NCBI GenBank assembly: GCA_004431415.1
Contig: QPMI01000472.1
Location: 62,001-126,000 of the forward strand
DNA from: Cyanophora paradoxa CCMP329
Taxonomy: Eukaryota; Plantae; Glaucophyta
Direction: 5' to 3'
DNA length: 64,000 nt
In this document: positions 1 to 11,258 of the stretch, piece after piece
Position numbering within the stretch: position 1 is the stretch's first letter
Layout: each line of letters starts with the position of its first letter
The notes under the pieces: generated by a model
Told to the model about the DNA's origin: nothing
The model's database searches: none
Seen by the model: only the letters and a program-made list of their open reading frames with translations
Program-made: the position numbers and the translations under genes

Positions 1-700
1 CAGGGGTCGATCTGTGGTAAAGATTGCTAACAGTGAGAAACTCTGCAAGAAATATGCTGCAAGTCCATTGATCAAGGCAACCAATGTATTAAACGAAAAT
101 GCTGTTGCCTTTGAGATGTACTCAAAGCATGTTCACTTAGATAAACCAGTAGCAATTGGTGCTTTTGTGCTGGATTTCGCCAAACTCCATAATAGCAGGT
201 TCTTTTATGATGTGGTGAGGAGAACTTGGGAAACAGCAGAGCTGCTGTTCCATGATACAGATTCTTTCTGTCTACTGCTGCATACCAATGATCTAAATAA
301 TGAGATGAAGCGAATTGCTGAACACCTGGATTGCAGTAATTATGATCCAGCCCACCCTCTCTTTGATAGGAGTAATCGCTTGATTCCAGGTAAATATAAA
401 AACGAGTTCCCCCATGCAAAGATTGTGGAGTATGTAGGTCTGAGATCGAAACTCTATGCTTTCAGAACTGAGACCTTTGATAAAATAAAGATGTCTGGTA
501 CTTCCTCAAAAGACGTTCACTTTGATGATTTCAAGAGATGCTTGTTTGAAGGCATCACCAAAACAGTAGCAGTAGTAAACAAGCGAAGACAAGACCACAA
601 CCTATATGATTTGGAGAGCAGAAGGGTGGCTCTAAACCAACTCGATAGCAAAAGGAAGATATTAGACGATGGAATTCACAGCATTCCATTTGGGCTCTAA
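1..700 (+). CDS. polB: Protein-primed family B DNA polymerase, C-terminal part (5' truncated by window)
   Basis: Motif C FHDTDS, GKYKNE and LRSKLY; near-identical to 44693-45392. Confidence 0.92.
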   Translation, partial: RGRSVVKIANSEKLCKKYAASPLIKATNVLNENAVAFEMYSKHVHLDKPVAIGAFVLDFAKLHNSRFFYDVVRRTWETAELLFHDTDSFCLLLHTNDLNNEMKRIAEHLDCSNYDPAHPLFDRSNRLIPGKYKNEFPHAKIVEYVGLRSKLYAFRTETFDKIKMSGTSSKDVHFDDFKRCLFEGITKTVAVVNKRRQDHNLYDLESRRVALNQLDSKRKILDDGIHSIPFGL

Positions 701-883
701 TCTACTTCATTAATCTTTCTTTTTCTTTGGTTTCGCTTTCCAAGAAGTAATAAACCGCGAATTAAATGCAGCAGCCAAATACATCTTAATCCAGGGTCAT
801 TGGGCTCGATTGCAAAATAGTTTGGAATTGTGTTCTCTTTCCACACAGACTCTTGCATTTATTATATGAGAGATAAGGTAAAG

Positions 884-2284
884 ATGCCTTCCACACAAAT
901 AGGATTGAGACAACCACCAAGAATTGTGAGAAAAGAGGCAATTGAAGATCGAGGGAATATCCTACCTATCACAGTTCCAGTGGAAGAGAAAAGCAGTCGA
1001 ATATTGAAAAGATCAGAGATGGTCAAGCAATTAATCCCAGAGACCCTCCCAGCTGAGACAGCACCAAAAGAGTCGAAGATTGCTAAGAAGTTCTATGATC
1101 CCAGGACAGGCTACAAGGGATTCACAGCAATGAGACAGGAACTACCAGAAGAGAACTACAAGAAGATGAGAGAATGGTATGATAAACAGGAGGTTGTCCA
1201 AATTAATGCACCAACTCTATCTCGAAAGAGAGATCCCATGATTCCAATTAGGCAACCCCTTGATACCTATGTGATTGATCTGCTCTTCTTTCCTGCATAC
1301 AAAAAGCAGAATGATGGTTATGATACATTTATGAGTGCAATGGAATCAACCCTGAGAACAGGGTTCATAATTCCAATGAGAGACAAGAGTGCTCTTACTA
1401 CTCTTGCAGCATTCAAGCAACTTGAACAAAGAGTCCCCAGACCGATTGTTCGCATTCAGAGTGATAGTGGAAGCGAATTTACCAATGTGCTATTCACAGA
1501 TTATTTGGGAACCAAATTCATAGAGCATCAACTAAGTGATGTTGCAGATCACAGAACCCAAGGTCGAATTGAAGCCTTTAACAGACAGATCAAAAGATTG
1601 ATCACAAACTACTGCATTGCAAATAATACTGCACGATTTTTTGATGTGTTGGGTGATATTGAGTATAATTATAATAATACCATTCACTCTGCAACCAAGA
1701 GAAAACCAGCAGAGACCACAGAAGCCCACTACAAAGAGATTGTGAATATGGAGGATCAGAGATTCAAGAAATCGATCGAATATCTTGATGCCCTGAAACC
1801 TGGAATGTTTGTGAGAGTAAAAGTTGAAAAGAATCCATTTGCAAAGCAGGGTGTTAATTGGTCTCGAATTGTTTATAGTGTGGAGGGCAGAGAGGGCTTC
1901 AAGTTCAGAATCAGAAGTCCAAGTGGTGAGATAGTTGATGGTAGATTCGCTTTTCATGAACTGCTGCCCATCAAAGGTGTTGAGTATCATGAAACTCCCA
2001 CAGTGGATGCCCTTGAACATGCAAAGGAGGAAGCCAGGGTTGATTCTGCAATCAGAAAGGAGGGCATAGAAAAAGCAAGTGAAGTACCAAAAGAACCCCT
2101 CACAGAAGCAAGAGCACAAAAGAAGGGAAGAGTAGAGAAGGAATTAAAGAAGTTGACCATAGCAGGAACCCAGAAATTATCAGAAGTTAACAGTCAGAGG
2201 TGGTATAATGACTTTTCAACCACCAAGGAAACATATACTGCACCCCAAACTCGATTTAATCTACGAAGTGGGCAGAGGAAATAG
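884..2284 (+). CDS. Retroviral-like (rve) DDE integrase, Polinton type
   Basis: DDE triad YVIDLL / IQSDSGSEF / GRIEAFNR; YNNTIHSATKRKP; C-terminal GMFVRV..F.K...NWS...GRF..EL SH3-like segment. Start may be ATG 866 or 884. Confidence 0.93.
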   Translation: MPSTQIGLRQPPRIVRKEAIEDRGNILPITVPVEEKSSRILKRSEMVKQLIPETLPAETAPKESKIAKKFYDPRTGYKGFTAMRQELPEENYKKMREWYDKQEVVQINAPTLSRKRDPMIPIRQPLDTYVIDLLFFPAYKKQNDGYDTFMSAMESTLRTGFIIPMRDKSALTTLAAFKQLEQRVPRPIVRIQSDSGSEFTNVLFTDYLGTKFIEHQLSDVADHRTQGRIEAFNRQIKRLITNYCIANNTARFFDVLGDIEYNYNNTIHSATKRKPAETTEAHYKEIVNMEDQRFKKSIEYLDALKPGMFVRVKVEKNPFAKQGVNWSRIVYSVEGREGFKFRIRSPSGEIVDGRFAFHELLPIKGVEYHETPTVDALEHAKEEARVDSAIRKEGIEKASEVPKEPLTEARAQKKGRVEKELKKLTIAGTQKLSEVNSQRWYNDFSTTKETYTAPQTRFNLRSGQRK

Positions 2285-2285
2285 A

Positions 2286-2528
2286 TTAACAACGCTTTCG
2301 GAATCTCTTAGACCTCTGGCGAATTCTCCTCATTTGTCTATCTTTTTCAAGAATTTCCAAGAAGAAAGTTTCAAGGTTTGAGACCAGCTGGTAATTGTAA
2401 ACAAAGAACAGTCTCACATGCTCTGGCTGTGACATGAAGAAATTGTAATAGAAAGCAGTTTTGAAATCATGGACCCAGTCTGATTGGGCAGCATGGATGA
2501 TAGCAGGGTCTTGGTAGATGGGATCCAT
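2286..2528 (-). CDS. Small hypothetical viral protein with basic C-terminus
   Basis: ATG at 2528 lies ~33 nt downstream of an AAAAATTGA motif; the ORF is conserved in copy B. Confidence 0.5.
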   Translation of the reverse strand: MDPIYQDPAIIHAAQSDWVHDFKTAFYYNFFMSQPEHVRLFFVYNYQLVSNLETFFLEILEKDRQMRRIRQRSKRFRKRC

Positions 2529-2689
2529 AGCAGAAGTTGAGAGAATCCAGAAAATCCTTGTCAATTTTTTATTTTGTTAGTGCCCGATCTCAACGACACA
2601 CGAACGGCGCTGTCGAGAGGATTCCGAATCTGTTTTCAGAATTGAAAACGGAGCAGTTGGTAATAAAATACATATATATGACCGATATT

Positions 2690-3065
2690 GAAGTTTCGGT
2701 GAAGTTTCAATGAAGTTTCGGAGCGAAGTTTCAATGAAGTTTCGGAGCGAAGTTTCAACGAAGTTTCGGAGCGAAGTTTTTATGAAGTTTCGGTGAAGTT
2801 GCGAATGACGTCATGAGTGTCTTTTCGGTTCGCGAATAATTAAGTGGACATGGCGGCGTCCCGTCGTTTTTTTGAAGAGGTGTCCTCGAAAATGGTGCCC
2901 CGTCATTTTCGTGAAACGGTGTCCTCGAAAATATATCTTATCCTGTTGAAAAAAATGGTTGCTCGTCATCGCAACCAGGTTGCGCAACCACTCAATCGGA
3001 AAAAAATTGGGTGCGCAACCACTCAATCGGAAAAAAATTGGTTGCGCAACCAGTATGACGTCATG
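2690..3065. repeat. Intergenic short-repeat region (GAAGTTTC array; GGTTGCGCAACC palindromes; two ATGACGTCAT palindromes)
   Basis: About 9-10 gaagtt(tc) units at 2690-2800; atgacgtcat at 2805-2814 and 3055-3064. Confidence 0.85.
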
Positions 3066-3522
3066 ACATCACGTGTTTCATGACAAATATATATACCATA
3101 CATTTCGTGTGACACAGAAGCCCCCAGTCGCCGACCGACCAATCCGCTATTTTATGGTCAAAATGTATATATGCGCATATATACTTGACGGTTCGCGTTA
3201 CCACTGTCGGCATCGAATAACGTTCCTACTGTGGTGCTGTCGGCATCTTCAAATGCTTGTATCTCGTCACCAGAACATCGGATTGCGACCGTCGACATAG
3301 CGCTGGAAAGCGCTTGCAAAGACCTACACGACAATATAGGTGTCGAGTATATATATGTATATATATCATACATATATTTCGAAAAAACGACTTGTCGGCT
3401 ACTTTCTACTGCAAAGAACATGCAGTAAAATAATGCAAAAATACAGTAGCTACTGTAAAAATCGCCATAATGTGGGCGAAGATACAGTAGCCACTGGATC
3501 ATACGTCAGGAATTCTGAAATA

Positions 3523-5064
3523 TTATACACTTCGAATAAATGCACCTGTGACATCCACTCTCATAGTTGGGGTGTTGATGTATACAAGTGGATAAATTCG
3601 AATATACCTTGTCCTCAGAGGGTAGCCAATATAGAAAACGTCTTTAATAGAGGTGGGATACCCAGAACTGTATGAGACATCACCACTGTTGTGGGCATTA
3701 TTGATAGTTTCACACATAAACACTCTATTCACACCTTCATACTTGATAAATGACCAGGAAACACCATCTTGTGATGTTGCAACATTGAAGGTCTTAACAA
3801 AGGCATTTGTCACACCAGAACCATATGCAATTATAGATGCTACCTCAAATATATATGGGAAGGATACTTGCAGATACTCAGTGGGAACACTCCATATTCC
3901 ATCAGGAGCAGATGCATTTGCCTCCCAACCTGTTAATGATGGTCTTGCTTTAAATGCCTCCCTTCCAATTTTCGATGATGAAGCAGTGAATGCACCATCT
4001 GATAGAAGATACCAGTTAGCATCAATGGGAGGTATGCTATTCAGAGTGGATGATATATAGAACCTTGCAGGGTTCTTGATTTCGTAATTTGCAACCAGTA
4101 AATCACAGAGTCTATCAATCATCACAGTGTTTGCTGCTATGTACATTTCGGTTGCATCTATCATATCTGGGATCTTAGAGGTATCATCCAAAGAGTTTAC
4201 TATGGTCTTTGGAAGTGGAACAGAGAGTCTATAATATCTTGCATATCCTTGATCATCATTGTATGGGAGAAACTCTTGCATCTTTTCCAGAGCAGACAGT
4301 TCACTTGCAGCCATCAACATATTGATTAATGGACTTCCAGAGGTCGAAGCAATCCAAGAGAGGATGCCCCAGCTGTTCACATCTTCATAAGAGTAACCCA
4401 CATTTGGAGCATCTGTTTCATTGACTTCACCACAGGATATACTTATCACTATAATATCATCATCATCATCATAGATCTTCTTAGCATGACTGTAACCACA
4501 GACACTGGGATTGTTGTTACCTGAGATTGCACCATCAATTAGAGACATCCCATCATAGTTCACAGGTGAGAAATATGTTGGAGCAGCAGAGGTAGATCTT
4601 GCAGCAATCTTGCTGGGGATGGATTTGTAGGAGTTATCATTGGTGATAAAAATGGGCTTCATACTCACAGTGTCAAAACTTGTGATCACTACATCTTTCA
4701 GAGAGTCTTGAATGAGAGACTCACCAGTAACAGTAAGAATGGCTGTCTCCAATGGGGTCACATCATACTTGGTGTTGAAGAGTGCATTATCAATAATATT
4801 TCGGGGATTTGCAAAGATTAAAGGCAGTTGATTGAGATAAGTGGAATGCAAATCGGTTGCAGTGAGTTTAGGTTCGTTTGGAAATTCGGGATTTTTCACA
4901 TTGAGACCAATCGCAATTATCCCACCAGTGGATGTTCCACTCACCAGATCAACAAGGTCAATTACTCTTTTTCCTGTTCGAGTTTCGATTTCTTTAAGCA
5001 ATCTCGTAATAATTATACCACGAGCTCCCCCACCTGAGAGACTGAGGCAAATCTTCAAAGGCAT
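3523..5064 (-). CDS. Patatin-like phospholipase fused to a C-terminal discoidin (F5/8 type C) domain
   Basis: GGGARG, GTSTG and SAAPTYF...DGA patatin motifs; C-terminal EYLQVSF...SQDGVSW...RTRYIRIYP...MRVDV discoidin pattern. Confidence 0.9.
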   Translation of the reverse strand: MPLKICLSLSGGGARGIIITRLLKEIETRTGKRVIDLVDLVSGTSTGGIIAIGLNVKNPEFPNEPKLTATDLHSTYLNQLPLIFANPRNIIDNALFNTKYDVTPLETAILTVTGESLIQDSLKDVVITSFDTVSMKPIFITNDNSYKSIPSKIAARSTSAAPTYFSPVNYDGMSLIDGAISGNNNPSVCGYSHAKKIYDDDDDIIVISISCGEVNETDAPNVGYSYEDVNSWGILSWIASTSGSPLINMLMAASELSALEKMQEFLPYNDDQGYARYYRLSVPLPKTIVNSLDDTSKIPDMIDATEMYIAANTVMIDRLCDLLVANYEIKNPARFYISSTLNSIPPIDANWYLLSDGAFTASSSKIGREAFKARPSLTGWEANASAPDGIWSVPTEYLQVSFPYIFEVASIIAYGSGVTNAFVKTFNVATSQDGVSWSFIKYEGVNRVFMCETINNAHNSGDVSYSSGYPTSIKDVFYIGYPLRTRYIRIYPLVYINTPTMRVDVTGAFIRSV

Positions 5065-5091
5065 TTTGTCACTTTAACATTGACGGATATT

Positions 5092-5802
5092 TTAAGAATT
5101 GTTTACTAATCGGTAATCCTCATCAAACTTTAACAAGTTTGCACGAAATTCCTTTGCCTTTGAAAATGCATCTTCCTCTGTGTATTTTTTAAGTGTGAAC
5201 CGTTTCGAATGTGTTTTCAAATTTCCAGTGTCATCTTTAATTGTTACAATAGCGCAAATATACCAAACATTCCATCTCTTGTCAAACGATTTGAAAATGT
5301 TCGAGGATTCATGAACAAATTTCCGATTGATTGAATTTACCCTCTGAGATACAATTCTGAGATTCTGTTTCCTATTATCAGATCTGATCTGATTAATGTG
5401 ATCAATACATTCTTTTTTGCTTTTCCCTTCATACTTCATTACAGCTCTATGCATATGTCGAAACTTGCATGTGTTTGATGAAACATAACCATTGTGCGAA
5501 TGCCAAATATGAGAATCCAGAATATCAAAGTCTTCCACATCAATTAATCCAAGAACATCATTCTGAGTTGTGAATTCAATCGTTTTATCATCAACATATC
5601 GATATTTGTTAAACACTTTTCCCTGTGCAATACAAACTTCTTTCAAAGCACTTTCGGCTTCATCTTTCGTATCAAATCGCTTTTCCTTTCTATTACCGAT
5701 TTTGTCAAAATACTTCATCAACCACTTCTTTTTACAGTCTGTTCTTTTTGAGAGATAGACAGTTCCACCATACTTTGCGATGTTATCACTGTAAAGCCAC
5801 AT
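5092..5802 (-). CDS. HNH homing endonuclease (HNH_3 type, possible AP2-like DNA-binding domains)
   Basis: MHRAVM...IDHINQIRSDNRKQNLR motif. Confidence 0.88.
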   Translation of the reverse strand: MWLYSDNIAKYGGTVYLSKRTDCKKKWLMKYFDKIGNRKEKRFDTKDEAESALKEVCIAQGKVFNKYRYVDDKTIEFTTQNDVLGLIDVEDFDILDSHIWHSHNGYVSSNTCKFRHMHRAVMKYEGKSKKECIDHINQIRSDNRKQNLRIVSQRVNSINRKFVHESSNIFKSFDKRWNVWYICAIVTIKDDTGNLKTHSKRFTLKKYTEEDAFSKAKEFRANLLKFDEDYRLVNNS

Positions 5803-5926
5803 TTTGCTCCGTTACTCCTCCTTATAATACTTATCCTTAAATACTTTTTGACATCATTTTTTGAGGCGAAGGGGCATCTTTACTTAACTCAAATGTAATA
5901 AATCTCTATAAGTAGAGTAAACAGGG

Positions 5927-8900
5927 ATGAGTTTCAATTATCCAGCAAACCTACAAACCATTCCCTCATCAGGAAGAGGGAAGACAGATAACAAACATGT
6001 AAATTTCGATAACTTGACAGCCAGAGGGTCAATCTCAATTGACCACAGTGCAGATGAACCCTCAAAGACTCACCCAAGAGAGCATGCACTTTCAATAAAC
6101 GAAATGGATCCCGAAAAGGAGGATGTGAGTGTTGCTTTCAGCATGGGAAATGTGAAATCGAATCAGGTAGCCCAGATTAAAGCAACCAGGAGCAGACCAA
6201 GAAAACTGAAAACCAGTGGAACCCACCCAGATATTCCAACTCGATTCGATAGTGGTAGGTTAATATTCAATGTTCAAAATGAGAAGGGTGGGCATCAGAG
6301 TGGTTTGAGAATCTATAATGAAGGATCAAATGCAATTGCACAAATTCCCGAAATATTACAGATAGCCCCCATGGAGAAACCAACAAAATCGAGTTCACTA
6401 ACAATGTTTATCCAAGAGATATTGTGGAGAATGCGGCTTCTAATGCGCAATTCGGTTTCCAACTACCTGGTGATACAGCAAAGAATAAGGCGTCTATCAC
6501 TGTCAACAGTAGCCCCACTCAATCAGTAACAATTCATTTACATCCAGACCTTGTCGAAATGGATAGACACCTTTTACCTTTGGTGACAAACACCAAAGAT
6601 CTTGGTATTAGAACCAGACAATGGCGAAATATCCATGGAAGCAATGTCTATGCAAATGGAGAGAAACTTGTAAGTGAGAAGACCATAAGAGAGATCTTTG
6701 AGTATTATGGACCTGTCCCAGTTCCCTTCCCACTACCATGGGATCCACCAGATTTAACACCGAAAAAGCAACCAGGCAGAGAGTACACAGCAGATGAGAC
6801 AGTTCCTTTTGGTCAACACATTGTGAGTTGGGAGCAGGTTCGAAATAAACCTATAATTGAACCAAGAAAGCAAATTGATGAGCAATATTTACCTCCTGAA
6901 ATCGATATTTTGGAGCTTGACGAATACCAGTTCGTTCCAGATGAGGAGGAATACCTTCCTGATGGTTTCGACCCACAGGAGTATGAATATGATCAATATG
7001 ACCCCAATGAGGAAGAGTATTTACCAGATGGTTTAGATCCACAAGAGTATGAGTATGAGCAAAATTATGAACCCCATGAGGAATATTTAGCAGATGGTCA
7101 CGAACCACCAGTTGTGGATTATGAGCAACCATATGAACCCCATGAAGAATTATTACCAGATGGATTTCGCCCAGAGATTTGGGAATTCTTCCCTGATTGG
7201 GAGCAGATCAACAATAAACCAGCCAGATTTCCACCAGAGGATCACAACCATGACTGGGATGAGATCTTAGGTAAACCAGAGAAATTCCCACCAGAGGATC
7301 ATAGGCACGATTGGGAAGACATTGATAATGTCCCTCTCACATTTACACCATCTACACATCGTCACATTTGGAGCGAAATAGACGAACAGCCAGTTTTTGC
7401 ACAATTAAATGCAATCGGAAACGTTTTTAATGGGGTCACACTTTACCAATCGATTAATATACCTGAAAGGCTATTTTTGAATGATCATTATGTTAGTCTC
7501 AATGGGTCATTTACAGGTCAAGAAGGCACACCGATGGTGGGAACTCTTGCAGTAAGATTACCCAGGGATCCAATCGTAAATGGAGTGTATAGTGGTGATT
7601 TCAACGTAGGAGTGAACGATACTTTCCCCAGTATTTATGTTACGAATTATCACCCAGGGGAAACAGGACAAGTAGCGGATTTTTCAGCAGCTATTCAAGT
7701 AAATGTAACGGATCAAAGCGCATATGATGGAGCAAGACCTAAAATAGTTTTCACAAGGGAGAAAGTTGTAAACTATCTTCCTGTTGCAGGACAACCCACA
7801 GATGATCACGGTAAATGTGAGATGGCGTGGATTAAGACAACAACAGGTGGCGCCTTAGAAGTCAATCAGAGAATGGCGGCGAAAAACTTACATAATACAA
7901 CCCTTTCAGGAGTGGTTACAGATGATTACCTAACCAATAAAGGATATCTTACCTCAGCAGATTTAAGCACTTACACAACCGATGCAGAATTAGCGGCAGC
8001 ACTTGCGAATTATCTACCTCTCACAGGTGGAACTGTAACAGGAACTGTGAATGCTACCACTTTACAAATTGGCGGTAACACAATACCGAAAGGTTTCGAT
8101 TTTGACCAATTAGATACTGTTTCGACAGATAGAAGCGCAAATAATTGGACTGTTAATTGGACAGGACATAGAACGGGACAAACAGGATGTTACACCACAC
8201 CTGAGAATGATGCAGATGTTACGGGTTGTTGGATGCGTTGGGCAATACCAGAAGGTATGAAATCGTTTTATATTCAACTTTTAAATTGGCATAATTGTAG
8301 ATATTTCGATATTTACGGTGAAACTGTTAATGGATATCAGCATTTCTTAAAACGTGTTAATCACTATCAAGCAATACAAGATAGCGGAATTCAAGATGGT
8401 ACCTATAATGCTATTATCTATACTTCTATAAACTGTGATTTCTATAAAAAGATTGTGGTAAAAGGTGTGAAAGGTCGCATTTATTTTACGGGTGTGTTTG
8501 GTTGGAGTCGTCAGAGAGCAACCGATAATGATGTTGGATTAATTCATTATGATAATATCGCTTTTAATCCTGTCGGCAAATATTCCGATTTCGATGTGGT
8601 GAGTGGTTGGAATAGCACAGGTGTATCATTCCCAGCCGGAGCTTGGACAACAGGATGGAAACCCACAACAGATAACCCAGTGGAAGGTTTTTATAGCAAC
8701 CAAATAGATGATGAAAGTGGTAGTGGGTATATGCAATGTCAAGTGCCGGCAGGAATGAAAACATGTCACATACAATACTTATGTTGGACAAATCACAGAT
8801 ATTTTGATATTTACGGATACCGCAACAGTCGATGGAATTATATTATGAGAGTAAATACGTATCAAAATGTTCAAAACACAGCCGACACAGCTTGGCATTC

Positions 8901-10910
8901 GAGTTTATTATGGACATCCGTATTTTGTGGGAGTTTCTCATATATTGGAATTTTCGCAAAGAAAGGACGAACTCACATTGGAATGCTTGGATGGACAAAA
9001 GAAGTAGGTAGAACAGCGCCAGCGAATGGTTTGATAAGTTGGGATAACGTTTACAGTCGTCCGGCGTTATTTACAGCCGCAGACCTTCCAGGAACGGCAA
9101 TATGGGCAGTACAGACATGGCTTACATCAACAGATAGCGTTCCGCGTTTTTATTTTGGAAATGGTATTACTACATACATTCGAGGATATGAGGATGGTAA
9201 CGGTGTGTCGATTGAGTTTAGAAATTCAGCAGATGCATGGCTATTAAGATCGTATTCAAATGGTAACCTTGCAGTTAACAATACTGTGTCAGCTCCAACC
9301 ATAAGTGGAACGATTATTAATGGGGGTTCGATAAATGCAACTACAAACTATAAATTTGGCGACAAAACAATGCCTCGATGTGTAGAATATGATGCATCAG
9401 TTGCAGCAAATTCGCCACATGGTTATGCAGGAGGTTGGGGTTTTGAAGGTGGAACAGCATGGGAACCCTACTATAATTACGGTGGGTATGCTTACAATAA
9501 TGAGAGTGGCGACACTGTTGTTAACGGCTCATGGGTTGATTACACAATACCCACTGATTTATATACAGGAACAGCCCACTTAACATATCTCCCTTGGGTA
9601 AATTGTCGTTACTTTGAGATTTGGGGAATTAATAGACAAGGAAATGCGGTTTTCATTGCAAGAGTGAATAGTTATCATCAATATGAAAGCGCACCAGATG
9701 GAAACCACAATGGTTTACAAAATGTCCCTATTATGTTGGGAAATCGCTTTATTCGCCTTCGTATTATTCCAAAGGTAGGAAGAGTTCACATAATGGGCAT
9801 TGGATTTACTCGCACTTGGACAGGAAGTAGTTATGGTGGTCACACAGGTTATGTTTCTTGGATAACATTTATAGTAAACCAAATCTACTAACAACAAATT
9901 TAGTTGGAAATATTACAGGTTTTGATACTTGGAGTGGAACAGGTAGTGGTGGTCTATCATTTAGTGGTGGTTGGACAACAGGTTGGACGGCTTCTTATTC
10001 TAATCCTGTGGAGGGATTTTACAGCTATATAGCAGATGATTCCACAAGTGGAGATTGGGCGCAAATTGAAGTCCCAGCAAATATGCAAACATGCCATGTC
10101 CAATATTTGTGTTGGTCGAATAGTCGATATTTCGATATTGGAGGCTATCGAGCAGGTCGATGGTTCCACATTATGCGAGTTAATACTTATCAGACTGTCT
10201 CAAATTATGGAACCACAGATTATCACGATGGATTGGCGTGGGCTTCTTTTGCTTGTGATTATTTCACACATGTAAGATTTGTTGCAAGAAAAGGGAGATG
10301 TTATATTGGTATGGTTGGATGGACGAAAGAAAAAGGGAGAACCTCACCAGCAAATGGTATGATCAGTTGGGATAATGTTTATAGTAAAGATGCTCGCACA
10401 ACTTGGGAAACCGGAACATGGATAACATCAAGTGATAATTATTCAAGAATATATTTCGGTACATCATCGACTACATACATTAAAGGTTATGGTTACGAAA
10501 TGATCCATTTTAGAAATGGAATTGATATAACAATGCAAGCTTTTTATAATGATGGTGACGTTTACTTTTGGGGATGGCTTACACAAGGAAGTGATAGAAG
10601 ATACAAAACCGACATTAAAAATATAACCGGCGCCCTTTCAGCAATCGAACAATTACAGGGTGTGAGTTATAAAAAGATTGGTGATGAAAAACAGAAAGTT
10701 AACTTAGGTTTGATTGCGCAAGATGTCCAAAAAGTCATACCAGAAGTAGTAGGTAAAAATCACGAAAATTATTTAACCCTTGCATACACAGGTTTAATTC
10801 CAGTTCTCATTGAAGCTGTGAAGGAGTTGTCCCAAAAATGCAAAGCTTTAACACAAACCTGTCAGAATCTCCAAAGTCAAATAAACCAAATTAAAAATGT
10901 CACAGTATAA
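5927..10910 (+). CDS. Large fibre/receptor-binding protein (~1660 aa after correcting two 1-nt frameshifts) with C-terminal peptidase S74 chaperone
   Basis: ORFs 5927-6529, 6424-9891 and 9858-10910 join at homopolymers; the 9858 junction is in frame in copy B. Contains HxHxW repeats, YLPLTGGT, four related ~150 aa domains and SDRRYKTDI...GLIAQDV...coiled coil. Confidence 0.82.
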
Positions 10911-10913
10911 TAA

Positions 10914-11219
10914 ATGGCGACCTATCCACTTGGTGGAACCACCTATTCTACTGAGCCTGTTGCGCTTTCTTTCGATACAATCACCCTTGTAAACGCATTA
11001 CAAACAGTTGAAAAAACGATTCAGCAAACTAACAAACTGTCACCGGTTGTTCATGAATATAAAAACCTCTTGGTTAATGTCCTTGCGCAATCGGCTCATG
11101 GTGACCCAGTAAAAAAATATGGTGAATGTGATTCTAACCTCAAAGCGATGACATCCAACATCCAATGTCTAACAACCGCTTACCAATCTCTTGGATCCAA
11201 TCTAATTGCTTTGGCTTGA
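10914..11219 (+). CDS. Hypothetical viral protein (101 aa)
   Basis: ATG ORF tightly packed after the fibre gene; identical in copy B. Confidence 0.65.
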   Translation: MATYPLGGTTYSTEPVALSFDTITLVNALQTVEKTIQQTNKLSPVVHEYKNLLVNVLAQSAHGDPVKKYGECDSNLKAMTSNIQCLTTAYQSLGSNLIALA

Positions 11220-11258
11220 ATGGTGTTTATTTTTCTTTCCTTCTTAGTAAAAGAAGCA

